Shown: positions 27,896 through 36,973 of the stretch, one piece after another
How the letters are laid out: every line of letters begins with the position of its first letter
Numbering within the stretch: the first letter of the stretch is position 1
IMG/VR virus record: IMGVR_UViG_3300046499_000680
Coordinates: 19,202-83,201 of that record
Source: a virus
Reading direction: 5' to 3' (one strand)
DNA: 64,000 nucleotides
The notes under the pieces: model-generated
The model's input: only the letters and a program-made list of their open reading frames with translations
Told to the model about the DNA's origin: nothing
Database searches by the model: none
Position numbers and translations under genes: made by a program

Positions 27896-28870
27896 CTAGT
27901 CGTTGGTCCGCAGCACCAGGGCCTCTAGCTGCTGATCGAGCAGGCCCAGCTTGATCTCCATCTCCTCCAGCGAGGTGCCGAGGAGGCCGACGTAGCGTTC
28001 ACGATGCTCGCCGAGGAATTTGCGCTGGGCGAGGATGTTGCCGACGCGATCCTTGCGCATTTTCCGTTCGTCGTTCTTCAGCGCCTCGGTCACGTCGGCC
28101 ATCAGCTCGTCTATCTCCGAGCTGACGTTGGCGTTGAAGTGGCGTTCGATCAGTTCGCGCTGGCCCTCCGCCGACACCGTGGGGATCAGGTGCAGCTCGG
28201 CCCTGTCGATGCCGTACAGCTCGGTGATGACGGTTTCGAGGGAGTCGAGGTCGTCCTTGCCCGCCTTCGGCACGAAGTAGACGCCGCTGCCGCCGCTCCG
28301 CTTGCGGATGTTGACGGCGCCGATCTCTTTCAGCAGCTTGCGGATGCCGGAGCGGACCCGCGAGCCGGGCACCTTTTTCGCGTTGCGATCGAAGTGGTTC
28401 TGGATCAGGTCGAACAGGCCGGAGAGGTCCGAGGCATCCATGTCGGTCAGCCTGTCGATCGGCTCCCAGGACATCAGTTCGGTGTTCTTGTCGAAGGTCA
28501 GCTTCATCGCCTTCGGGTGGTCGATCAGCTCGTTGCGCGCGTCACGGGCGAGCTTGGTCACCTGGTAGACGACGCGATCTTTGTCCTCGACCACGGGGTC
28601 CACCTCGATCTCGATGCGCCGACTCTGCGCGTCGGTTCGACGGCTTCGGCTCTCGATCGACCGCGCCGCGACCTGGAATGCGTTCTTCGCGGAACGGGAG
28701 TTGGGGATTATGTCGTGCGGCAGTCCCTCCGAAATCCACAGCCGGTTGAGCTTGCTGGCGGACACGGGTTCGTCGGGCACGGTGAACAGGGCGTAGAAGC
28801 CCATGATGTGATCCAGGGTGATCTCGCCGCCGGGGGTGACAGCGACCACACCTTTCGGTACGCGAGCCAC
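27896..28870 (-). CDS. Conserved phage protein (DUF6744/DUF3150-like)
   Basis: Motif around SGVYFVP; helical C-terminus; AAGGAGG RBS; family assignment from memory. Confidence 0.55.
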   Translation of the reverse strand: MARVPKGVVAVTPGGEITLDHIMGFYALFTVPDEPVSASKLNRLWISEGLPHDIIPNSRSAKNAFQVAARSIESRSRRTDAQSRRIEIEVDPVVEDKDRVVYQVTKLARDARNELIDHPKAMKLTFDKNTELMSWEPIDRLTDMDASDLSGLFDLIQNHFDRNAKKVPGSRVRSGIRKLLKEIGAVNIRKRSGGSGVYFVPKAGKDDLDSLETVITELYGIDRAELHLIPTVSAEGQRELIERHFNANVSSEIDELMADVTEALKNDERKMRKDRVGNILAQRKFLGEHRERYVGLLGTSLEEMEIKLGLLDQQLEALVLRTND

Positions 28871-29319
28871 TATGGGCCTCCTTCGGTTGATGGTTCGGGG
28901 ACGATTTCCTTACCGCATTCGGGGCAGTTGTCCGATTCGCGGTTGACGATGGACTCCACCGTCGTCATAAAGCCGTGGTTGCAGTGCGGGCACGAACACC
29001 AGACCAGTGCGATGCCGCCTTCGGGCGGCTGCTGGCCTGGTTTGAGGCTGCCGGATGCAAGCGACCGCACCGTGCTGGCAGAGGCGAGGATCGGCCGTGA
29101 CGCCTGTTCGGCGCCGGGCTGGGGCAGGGTCACGTTGCCGAGACCGATGCGTTCCATCACCTTGTCGATCATCGGGCCGACGGCGAGTTCGTAAAGCGCC
29201 TCGGGTCCCACGGTGAGCATCAAGTCCTCGATGACCTCGCGATCCCAGTCGTCCGCGCGGTCGGCGATGACCGCTGCGATCTCGTCGTAGATCGTCCAGC
29301 CGTCGCCGAACCGGCCCAT
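28870..29319 (-). CDS. Hypothetical protein with C-terminal Zn ribbon
   Basis: CPHC...CPECG. Confidence 0.65.
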   Translation of the reverse strand: MGRFGDGWTIYDEIAAVIADRADDWDREVIEDLMLTVGPEALYELAVGPMIDKVMERIGLGNVTLPQPGAEQASRPILASASTVRSLASGSLKPGQQPPEGGIALVWCSCPHCNHGFMTTVESIVNRESDNCPECGKEIVPEPSTEGGP

Positions 29320-29320
29320 G

Positions 29321-29818
29321 TCAGGCGCCCTCGACCTGCGTGAAGCGCACCCACGGCGAGTTCGATGCGCCGGGCGCAATTTTGAAGTCGGTCTCGGGGT
29401 CGGCGATGCACTGCGCGGCGACGTGCATGATCTGTTCCTTACGTTCGGCGGAGACTCGCTCGCCTTCCGCAAACATGCCGTGGATCAGCGCATCCAAGTT
29501 GGCGTACGCGGTGATCTTCCGACTGGGGCGGATGACCATGAAGATGTACTCGGGTGACAGTGGGCTGATCGGGAACTTCGCCCGCAGGTCGCGGCCTATG
29601 TCGGAGTCGGACATGTCGGTCGATCCGACAAGTTTCACCCACTCCGTATCCCAGGCGTCACCCTCGGGGTTGTTCTCCGTATCCGTCTTCGGGGACATGA
29701 CCAGGATCGTGCTGTCCTCGTCGTCGCCGGTCAGCACGACGCCCATCACCTTGCCGCTGCCATCCCACTTCGGGCCTTCGAGAACGTCGCCCGGTGCCAG
29801 CTCGTCGCGCCAGCTCAT
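29321..29818 (-). CDS. Hypothetical protein
   Basis: Tiles the operon; TGATG overlap. Confidence 0.7.
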   Translation of the reverse strand: MSWRDELAPGDVLEGPKWDGSGKVMGVVLTGDDEDSTILVMSPKTDTENNPEGDAWDTEWVKLVGSTDMSDSDIGRDLRAKFPISPLSPEYIFMVIRPSRKITAYANLDALIHGMFAEGERVSAERKEQIMHVAAQCIADPETDFKIAPGASNSPWVRFTQVEGA

Positions 29819-31449
29819 CAGGTAATCGCCTCAGCGAGGTGCTGGGTTGCGTCATTCGTTCCGGCCAGGTCCCAAGCCGCAACCGTGTCGTCGCACATCT
29901 GCTCCAGGTAGGCGTTGGATTTCATGCCGATGGCGACACCGTGCAGCCGCACGCCGCGTTCCCGCAGCTCGTCGCGCAGGGCTACGTCGTCCTCCTGGAA
30001 GTAGTCCATGCCGTCCGTCATCAGTACGATGTCGGCGGTCTTGAACTCGGGCACCATGTCGATCAGCTCTTTTGCTTTCTCGACGCCGCCGGTCACATCG
30101 GTGCCGCCGTGGAACATGTGCGATGCGAAGTCCACGATGCGCAGCGGGTTGATCGGCTCTTTTGCCATGAAGTCCCACCGCTTGGTCTGGCCGTACGAGC
30201 TGAACTCGACGGCGGCGGCGTCACGTTTCTCCCGCTTGGCGATCGCGATGAAGCTGATTGCCAGCGAGCGCGCCCAGACGTTGGGCATGCCGTTCATCGA
30301 CCCTGAGCCGTCCAGGCAGACGATGATCGGCCCGCGCCCGGCCTCGGCGTAGCCACGGGTCTCATACTGGACCAGCGACCGTTCGTAGAAGCGCCGGATG
30401 AAGTCGCGGCGAAGTACCGGATGGCGCAGCTTCACCTTCTCGCTCGGGAGCAAGAGCGGCAGGTCGTCGCCGAGCTTCACGTCGATGATCTCCTCGCGAC
30501 CACCAACAACACGGTTCGTTCGCCGGTAGCGGATGTCACGTTGCATCCGGCCGATCATTTTCGCCATGTCAAACAGCTCGGGATTTTCCTTCCACTTCTG
30601 CGCCAGTTCGATCATTTCGTCGGGCGACAGCTTCTGCCCGCTGCCCGGCTCGGTGCCGGGCAGGCTGCCGATGGCGTCAGTGGCTTCCTGCGCGCCTTCG
30701 AGTGCCTGGTCGATCGCTTCGATGGCACCGACGCCGATGCCTTTCTGCTGCTGTTCGGCCTGTTCTTCGGCGAGGCCCTGGCGCGCTTGCGTCTTCTGCT
30801 GCGCCTGTTCCTTGATCGCCTGCTTAAGTTCGGGGTTGACTTCGCCGCTTTCCTGGTGTTCCTGCGCGGCCTGCTGGCGCATCTGTTCGAGGGCTTCCTG
30901 CGCCCCCGTGATCTGCTGCTCCTGGTCGGACATCCTCTTGGCGCCGACCACCATCTCTTTCATCTGCTCCTGAAGCGACTCGCGCAGACCCTCAGACATG
31001 TTGATCGTGGCGAACGCGGCCGAGATTTCGTCGTGGCGCGTGTCGGGCCGCATCGCCTGGAATTTCTCGCTGGCGATGATCTGCTGAAGGATGCGCCGGT
31101 TCAGGTCGCGCGAGGGCTTGAACTCGCCCTGGTTCTTCAGCTCCGGCTCCTGAAGCGTGTGCAATGCGCGGAAGGTGTCGCCGAACAGGTTCTGCCAAGC
31201 GACGTACTCCAGAACCTTCTCGCGTTCCTCGTCGCTCAGTTCGATGGCTTTGCCCTCGTCGTCCGTGAGGTTGTCAAGGTCCACCTCGGGCACATCGAAC
31301 ATGGCGCCGCGAAAGTGTGACGCGCGTTCGGTCATGTCTTCCAGCACCCCGTCATCAAGGCGGTCGTGCCGGACTACGCTGTCGCTCAGCGCGGGAAGGT
31401 TCTTGGTGCGCTTGAACAGGTCATACACACGCTGCGACATGTCCGTCAT
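29818..31449 (-). CDS. VWA-domain protein (ViaA/CoxE-like)
   Basis: MIDAS DGSGS, GGTD, MTDG; long coiled-coil middle. Confidence 0.88.
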   Translation of the reverse strand: MTDMSQRVYDLFKRTKNLPALSDSVVRHDRLDDGVLEDMTERASHFRGAMFDVPEVDLDNLTDDEGKAIELSDEEREKVLEYVAWQNLFGDTFRALHTLQEPELKNQGEFKPSRDLNRRILQQIIASEKFQAMRPDTRHDEISAAFATINMSEGLRESLQEQMKEMVVGAKRMSDQEQQITGAQEALEQMRQQAAQEHQESGEVNPELKQAIKEQAQQKTQARQGLAEEQAEQQQKGIGVGAIEAIDQALEGAQEATDAIGSLPGTEPGSGQKLSPDEMIELAQKWKENPELFDMAKMIGRMQRDIRYRRTNRVVGGREEIIDVKLGDDLPLLLPSEKVKLRHPVLRRDFIRRFYERSLVQYETRGYAEAGRGPIIVCLDGSGSMNGMPNVWARSLAISFIAIAKREKRDAAAVEFSSYGQTKRWDFMAKEPINPLRIVDFASHMFHGGTDVTGGVEKAKELIDMVPEFKTADIVLMTDGMDYFQEDDVALRDELRERGVRLHGVAIGMKSNAYLEQMCDDTVAAWDLAGTNDATQHLAEAIT

Positions 31450-32041
31450 CCGGCGCTCCTTTGTAGTTCGATTTGTGCGGGTCGAAGCCCGGCAGGATCA
31501 GCTCGTAAGCGTCCTCGTCGGGCATCGTGAAGCTGAAGTCGATGACGATGGGGATGCCCGTTCGCTCGGCACCAACAGCGTCGGTCAGGTACTCACGGTA
31601 CAGTTCCGCCGCGCGCCAACGCGGCAGGGGCAGGAAGTACGTTGCGCGATCGGCCCAGAGCTTCGAGAACTCGGGGATCGCCTCGCCGAAAATCTTCTCG
31701 ACATCGAACGGCTGGTCGCACGTTCGGCGCAGGACCACGATGCGATCGGGATCGGCGCCCGCGTCCTCGGGGTCCGGCTCCACGCAGTCGTCACAGTCGC
31801 AGTCTTCGGTGGTGCAATCCTCGTCTAGCGACGATCCGCTCCAGCCGCACGCCTGGCACTCGTAGCCGTCGTCCGTGACATCGACGTTGCCCTGGTAATC
31901 GGGTTCGGCGTTGCGGTCAACCTCGCCGTCGTCATCAAGCGTGTAGCGGATCAACTCCGTCGCCAGCTCGCGCTGGACCAGCGAGCCGCTGTCTGCTGGC
32001 TCCGAGCAGTGCGGGCAGCCGACAAAGGCGCGTTCGCACAT
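31421..32041 (-). CDS. Cys-rich acidic hypothetical protein
   Basis: CPHC, CQACG, CDCDDC. Confidence 0.65.
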   Translation of the reverse strand: MCERAFVGCPHCSEPADSGSLVQRELATELIRYTLDDDGEVDRNAEPDYQGNVDVTDDGYECQACGWSGSSLDEDCTTEDCDCDDCVEPDPEDAGADPDRIVVLRRTCDQPFDVEKIFGEAIPEFSKLWADRATYFLPLPRWRAAELYREYLTDAVGAERTGIPIVIDFSFTMPDEDAYELILPGFDPHKSNYKGAPDDGHVAACV

Positions 32042-32045
32042 CGGA

Positions 32046-33257
32046 TCAGCTCCCGATGCCGAGCAGCTTCTTGACGCTCTCGCGCGAGCCGGTGATGTCC
32101 TGGGCGAGCTGGTCGAGTTCGGCGGTCTCATGTCCTTCCTCTTTGCCGTTGTCGATCGCATCGCCGACGCGCTGGCTCAGCTTCTTGAGCATGTTCGACA
32201 CCACGCCGATGTTGCCCATCAGTTCGCTGTCGGGCACGCTGCCGTCGGCGGGCATTTTCTGCTGCAAGTCGCTCAGCGCGGCCTGCTGCTCGTCAAACTC
32301 GCCGCGCAGTTTGGCCGCCTTCTTGGCGACGGCGCCTGCGTAGTCCAGCGTCAGCTCGTACGCAGTGCTGTGATCTTCGGGGTCGCTCCAAAGCACATGC
32401 TCGAAGACCTTCATGTCCTCGACCGACACCTCAGTGCGGCCGGTCAGCGCCGCCGCCGCGAGCATCAGCTTGACACCCTCGAACAGGCGCCTGGCGCTGA
32501 TCGTCAGGTTCTCCGACTCAGCGCGGGAGCGCAGTTCGACCAGCGCCTTTTTCACGTTCGGCGGGACTTCGACCTCCGTGGCCGTCGCCTGTATGGCCGC
32601 GATCTCCTCGGAGGTGACCAGCGTGGGCTTGGCGACGATCGGCTCGCCGCGTCCACGGGCGAGCTGGCCGTCGAGTACCTGCGTCAGTCCTTCGCTGGTG
32701 CGGACATGCTCGACCATCTTGGTGATGCCGAAGCGGTCGCGGAAGGCCCGCAGGTCGTCGCGGTCGGTGCCGGGCAGCTCGTTCGATGCACCCACGCAGG
32801 TCCACAGCGGGACGGTCATCGAGTGCCCGTTGTTGTGGAAGATGCGCTCGTTGATGATCGACAGAAGCGCGTTCAGCACGGTGCTGTTCGCCTTGAAAAT
32901 CTCGTCCAGGAAGGCGACGTTCGCCTCCGGGAGCTTGTCGCGCGTGATCCGCCGGAATTCGTCGTTCTCCAGCGCCGCGAGCGAGACCGGGCCGAGGACC
33001 TGATCGCTCGGGGTGTCCTTCGCCAGCAGCACCTCGAAAAGCGAGGCGTCGGCGATGTGCGACATGAATTCGCGGATCAGGAGGGACTTCGCCACCCCTG
33101 GTTCGCCGATGAACAGCGGGTGCGAGCGGGCGATGATCGAACGGACCAGCAGGTCGATCTCGACTTCGCGCTCGGGCAGCCCAGCTTTCAGCTCGGCGAT
33201 GACGTTCTGGAGTTTGTCGGCGGGCGTCACCTTCGTCTTCGTCGCGGTCGCGGCCAT
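32046..33257 (-). CDS. MoxR/RavA-family AAA+ ATPase
   Basis: GEPGVAKS, AFLDEIFKAN, LNALL...NER, GASNELP, DRF. Confidence 0.9.
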   Translation of the reverse strand: MAATATKTKVTPADKLQNVIAELKAGLPEREVEIDLLVRSIIARSHPLFIGEPGVAKSLLIREFMSHIADASLFEVLLAKDTPSDQVLGPVSLAALENDEFRRITRDKLPEANVAFLDEIFKANSTVLNALLSIINERIFHNNGHSMTVPLWTCVGASNELPGTDRDDLRAFRDRFGITKMVEHVRTSEGLTQVLDGQLARGRGEPIVAKPTLVTSEEIAAIQATATEVEVPPNVKKALVELRSRAESENLTISARRLFEGVKLMLAAAALTGRTEVSVEDMKVFEHVLWSDPEDHSTAYELTLDYAGAVAKKAAKLRGEFDEQQAALSDLQQKMPADGSVPDSELMGNIGVVSNMLKKLSQRVGDAIDNGKEEGHETAELDQLAQDITGSRESVKKLLGIGS

Positions 33258-33263
33258 AGTGTG

Positions 33264-34013
33264 TTAATTCCTTCCGTTCGTTCGGGTCAACTGCGGATAA
33301 GGGAAGTCGGGTACCAAGCGCTTGACCGCGAGCTGCGTCAGCTCTTTCAGGTCGGTGCGCAGTTCTTCGCGGCCCTGCTCAATCAGCTTGTCACCATAGG
33401 CGCCGCCGTTCGAGGTCGGGCTACGCATGAAGGTCCCAAAGACCGGCGGAATCACGACCTCGCCGCGCTCGAAGTGATCGAGCTGGTGCGGCCAGTGTTC
33501 CTGCTCGGCATTGGCTTTCGAGCAGCACTCGCGCGGCTGCTCCCAGTTCTGCCATGCGGTGATGATCTTGTCCGCGTGGCGTCGAAGTTTCGCCGGATAG
33601 GTGGCGACGACTCGGGCGACGGCCGCGAGGAGCGCGGGGTCGATAGGCATCTCGCAACTCCCGTTGGGATTTACGTGCGCGCCGTGTGCGTACGGCACCA
33701 ACCCGTTCGCGGGATCGACCAACCAGGTCAATCCGCCCGCGCGCTCGATGCGCGCCGGAGTGAAGGTCGCTATTCGATCCAGGGTCACGTTCGTGAACCA
33801 GCCCTGATCGTTCGGCGAGCCTGGCCCGCGAAGGTCGATGGTCACGCCGTCGGGCCGGTACATGGCGATGATCGTGTCGTGCAGCTTCAGCCCGACCAGC
33901 TCGTCGGCGTAGTAGACCAGGCGCGTGTTCCGCGCGATCTTCTTGGTCGCCAACACCTCGCCGGACCGTTTGTGCTTCAGGGTCTCGACGGCATCGTTCG
34001 CAGTGGCAATCAT
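33264..34013 (-). CDS. Hypothetical phage protein
   Basis: KIARNT...LHDTII...GWFTNVT.DRI pattern; ATGA overlap. Confidence 0.7.
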   Translation of the reverse strand: MIATANDAVETLKHKRSGEVLATKKIARNTRLVYYADELVGLKLHDTIIAMYRPDGVTIDLRGPGSPNDQGWFTNVTLDRIATFTPARIERAGGLTWLVDPANGLVPYAHGAHVNPNGSCEMPIDPALLAAVARVVATYPAKLRRHADKIITAWQNWEQPRECCSKANAEQEHWPHQLDHFERGEVVIPPVFGTFMRSPTSNGGAYGDKLIEQGREELRTDLKELTQLAVKRLVPDFPYPQLTRTNGRN

Positions 34014-34189
34014 GCGCCACCGCTCACGTCTTCAAAGGTCGGTTCGCTGTCTTCGATCGAGAGCTGCACGTCCTCGGGGCCGTCCGTCAGCCCGCTGGCG
34101 ATTTCCTCGGCGCGTTCGCGGGCCTGCTTCTCAGAGTCAGCGCCGACGCGAAGCCAGCACTTGAACTCGTAGACGCCTGCGCCGGTCAT
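34010..34189 (-). CDS. Small acidic protein (59 aa, not in ORF track)
   Basis: MTGAGVYEFKCWLRVGADSE...; ATGA overlaps at both ends. Confidence 0.65.
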   Translation of the reverse strand: MTGAGVYEFKCWLRVGADSEKQARERAEEIASGLTDGPEDVQLSIEDSEPTFEDVSGGA

Positions 34190-34521
34190 CGTTCGGCCGC
34201 CTCTCGCAGCTCGCGCTCGGTCAGTTCGATGTCATCGGCCGGACGGGCGCGAAGCTGGTTGCACAGCTCGGCGAAGGCTCGGAAATACTCGGGGTTCCCA
34301 TCCAGCTCGCCCGGCTCCAGCAGCGAGCCTGCCACCTCGATCACGTCGCTCGCGCTCAGCACGCGCTCAGACTCGAAGTCGTCCTCTCTAAGCCCGTCTT
34401 CGATGGCGTCGGTGTCGCTGACGATCGCCTCGGGCACATAGCGCACCGTGCAGCCTTCGCTGCCCGTGAAGGTCTCGCCGTCGTTCAGCACGACGATCTC
34501 CGAATGGTCGGGGTGGTGCAT
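34186..34521 (-). CDS. Hypothetical acidic protein
   Basis: GGAGG RBS; TGATG overlap. Confidence 0.7.
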   Translation of the reverse strand: MHHPDHSEIVVLNDGETFTGSEGCTVRYVPEAIVSDTDAIEDGLREDDFESERVLSASDVIEVAGSLLEPGELDGNPEYFRAFAELCNQLRARPADDIELTERELREAAER

Positions 34522-34919
34522 CAGCGGAACCTCCGTTCGAGGTAGTGAGGATGGTTGAGCAGGAAAAGGTCGTGCATGAGGCACGTTCGCGGGAGGCGGG
34601 TGGAAGGTTCGCGCCCGTCGAAGATGCGCAGCAGGTCGGTGAAGACTTTGCACGACTTTGCAAAGTGGCCGCCGTCGGCGAGTTCGCGGCTCAGCCCGAT
34701 CGAGCAGGTCGCCAAATCGTATTCGGCGACGATCGACGGCGAGGCGAAGGCCGGGACGATCTGAGCTTCGACAGCACAGGCCGGGGGCGTTGCGTTCGCT
34801 GCCACGTTGTAGGCGAACTGAGCCGACGGCGACAGCGGCGCGGCGCGGGCCGTCGTCGCCAGCAGCAAGAGCATGAAGGCGCAGGCGCCTAGCGCGAAGA
34901 ATCGCTTGGCGGGCAGCAT
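34521..34919 (-). CDS. Putative secreted protein
   Basis: Signal-peptide-like N-terminus ending ARA-AP; paired Cys. Confidence 0.6.
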   Translation of the reverse strand: MLPAKRFFALGACAFMLLLLATTARAAPLSPSAQFAYNVAANATPPACAVEAQIVPAFASPSIVAEYDLATCSIGLSRELADGGHFAKSCKVFTDLLRIFDGREPSTRLPRTCLMHDLFLLNHPHYLERRFR

Positions 34920-35131
34920 CAGCGCGTCACCTGCTCGCGCGGCTCGCGGCGGCCGGAGATCGTCACAGATCGGCCGAAAACGCAGAAGCTGAGGTTCGCC
35001 GACAAGTGCGTCGGCGGCGCGAATTCGCCGTCGTCCAGATACCGGCAGATGACGAGGTGCGGACGCTGAAACCAGACACGCCGAATCCGCCCCTGACGCT
35101 GCCGTTCGAGCGTCCCGATGTTGACGGCCAT
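34919..35131 (-). CDS. Small hypothetical protein
   Basis: MAVNIGTLER...; TGATG overlaps. Confidence 0.55.
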   Translation of the reverse strand: MAVNIGTLERQRQGRIRRVWFQRPHLVICRYLDDGEFAPPTHLSANLSFCVFGRSVTISGRREPREQVTR

Positions 35132-35424
35132 CAGTTGAACACCGCCCGGCCGAGCCGATTCAGGTGCTGGCCGAGCCGTTCGTGGAAGACCTCGACCTCT
35201 GGGTCGTCGTCCGCCAGGGCGGCCGTGACGGACCTGGGAATCTCGAAGACCCTGGAGGTGCCGTTCGCCGTGTCGTGGGCGCAGACGATGGCTGAGCCGT
35301 CGCCGTCGGCAGCGAGCGCGTGATGCTCGGTGAAGTCGGGCAGCTCGGCGACCATCCCGAGGGCGTCCATGCCAGCCATCGCGGCGAAAGCCTCGTCGGT
35401 GTCGATGATCGGGAACGTCTGCAC
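35131..35424 (-). CDS. Hypothetical protein
   Basis: GGAGGTG RBS before GTG. Confidence 0.7.
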   Translation of the reverse strand: MQTFPIIDTDEAFAAMAGMDALGMVAELPDFTEHHALAADGDGSAIVCAHDTANGTSRVFEIPRSVTAALADDDPEVEVFHERLGQHLNRLGRAVFN

Positions 35425-35493
35425 GGCTCACCTCCATTCGTTCGTAGGATCGGGCAACTCTAACCCTGTTCGTAGAAGACTTGCGACCAGGGG

Positions 35494-35608
35494 GTCAAAA
35501 GATCGTTCGATGCGCCGCCGCGTCGCGTTTTAACCCTGCGCTAGCACGGGCGTCCCCGCTGATGAACAGGACTGGCCGACTCGACGGCGCATCCAACGAT
35601 CCGACCTT
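35494..35608. ncRNA. Long hairpin / three-way-junction RNA candidate
   Basis: 16/17 inverted repeat 35501-35517 vs 35585-35601, extendable, enclosing two small hairpins. Confidence 0.4.
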
Positions 35609-35803
35609 TCAGGGTCGCTTGTCGGCGAGCTGGTCGAACCCGTAGCCTCCAACGGTGGTCCCGTTTTCGTCCCGGATGCGACCGCTTTGCTCGCCCATCA
35701 CCTCTAGTTCGTGCGCAGCTCGGCGAAGGGCATCCGCCACATGCTGAGCCGTTGACATGAGTTCGTTGCCCATGTCGATGTCGAGGCTGAAGTTCTCGGG
35801 CAT
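35609..35803 (-). CDS. Small conserved phage protein
   Basis: AAAGGA RBS; FSLDIDMGN...VADALRRAA...IRDENGTTVG. Confidence 0.7.
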   Translation of the reverse strand: MPENFSLDIDMGNELMSTAQHVADALRRAAHELEVMGEQSGRIRDENGTTVGGYGFDQLADKRP

Positions 35804-35809
35804 CGGGGA

Positions 35810-36345
35810 TTCCTTTCCGCGTTGTAGAGCCATGTTCGTCACCACGCGCAAACACGTAATGAGGGAGGCTCGGATTAAGGTCTTCCGCACGGCTTACGTC
35901 CCGTTCGCCATCGCGATCGTGGACTGCATGCGGGAAGGTCTTCCCCGAGGCCAGATCGGCGCGTTCGCAGGGAGCAACAGAGCTTTGCTACTGGCGACGT
36001 ACATCCTGGCGCTGCGGGGAGAATCGGCGCGCTACTCGGCTCGCTCGCAAGCGGCCGATCGCACGCGCCTAAAGTCTGAACTGGAGTTGCAAGTTCGTAA
36101 CGCCCGCCTGTTCGCTCTCGGGCCGCAGCGGGCTTCGTGCCATCCAAGCACGGCCCCAGTGACGTACTTACCCTTGGTCCAGGCTTTGCACGTCCGTTCG
36201 TAGACTTACACGCAACGAGTGATTCTGTTCGTTGCGAAGCGCAAACTTACGCTCCCGGAGGATGTGTGGGTCTGTGCTGAACGCTTGCTTTCGCGCCCGG
36301 CCGCTCGCTGTTCGCTACAGGCGGGGCGGATGGCACGAAAACAAG
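35810..36345. ncRNA. Large structured non-coding RNA candidate (~550 nt)
   Basis: No credible ORF; many nested helices including perfect 12-bp 36134-36145/36328-36339 and crossing 9-bp 36103-36111/36317-36325. Confidence 0.6.
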
Positions 36346-36382
36346 CGGCGGCGCGGGCACCCTTGCGGGCACCCGCGCCGCG
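36336..36382 (-). terminator. Intrinsic terminator-like hairpin after the 36386-36661 gene
   Basis: Minus strand GCGGCGCGGGTGCCC-gcaa-GGGTGCCCGCGCCGC then cgcttgtttt. Confidence 0.65.
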
Positions 36383-36385
36383 CGC

Positions 36386-36661
36386 CTACTCTTTCGGCGG
36401 GGTGAGCAGATGCGGGAACAGCGCGGTCACAGCGGTGAGCTGGACGCGCTTCATGCGACCGCCGCCGCGCGGCCTGTACTCGACGTACTCGACGCCCGAG
36501 GGCGACTGCACGATGTAGGCGTCCCCGTGTCCGCCCGCGACCTCGCAAGGCCCGAACAGCTCTTTGTACTGCGGGGACGCTTTGGCGGGCTGCGCCTGCG
36601 TGGCCGCGCGCTCCTGCGCGGCCTGGGCGATGTCCAAAGCGCTCTTGACGCTTGAAGCCAT
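36386..36661 (-). CDS. First gene of the leftward arm, hypothetical
   Basis: GGAGGT RBS; terminator downstream. Confidence 0.7.
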   Translation of the reverse strand: MASSVKSALDIAQAAQERAATQAQPAKASPQYKELFGPCEVAGGHGDAYIVQSPSGVEYVEYRPRGGGRMKRVQLTAVTALFPHLLTPPKE

Positions 36662-36692
36662 GTTGCGATACCTCCATGTCGGGTTTCACGGG

Positions 36693-36973
36693 GTCAACCG
36701 CGAGTGTTCACCCCCACCCGTTAGCCCATGTCGGGCAACGGGCAAGGTTCTACCGTCGGGGATACAACCGCCAGCATTCACCCCCCGCCGTGGCCGCCGT
36801 GCCTAGCCCACGCCTAGGGGTGAACACTGCCGGTTATCCCACTGAGGCCGGTACAGCACCACCGGCCCACCGGGATCACCCCCCGCCGTGACCAACCGGC
36901 GGCGGCCAACCCTTCCTAGAGAATCGACCCGATCCAGCCTGAGAACGGCGGGGGGTGAACACTCCCGGTTGAC
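36693..36973. repeat. Five copies of a ~28-bp motif (CAACCGSSAGTGTTCACCCCCCGCCGT) in mixed orientation
   Basis: 36693-36722(+), 36765-36791(+), 36817-36835(-), 36867-36889(+, partial), 36944-36973(-); outer pair is a 27/30 inverted repeat. Confidence 0.85.

Noticed and set aside
35559-35565. Hammerhead ribozyme core CTGATGA
   Set aside because: No correctly placed GAAA or stems II/III on that strand
35757-36203. 148-aa plus-strand ORF across the structured region
   Set aside because: Opposite to the operon, overlaps a real gene, no RBS, lacks the GC3 bias of real genes
35810-36345. RNase P RNA, tmRNA or group I intron identity for the large RNA
   Set aside because: Only fragmentary resemblances; the conserved signatures (GAGGAAAGUCC, tRNA-like ends, proper P7 pair with flanking exons) were not found
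36693-36973. Repeat cluster as a CRISPR or other guide-RNA array
   Set aside because: Mixed orientations, irregular spacing, degenerate copies, and no recognisable effector nearby
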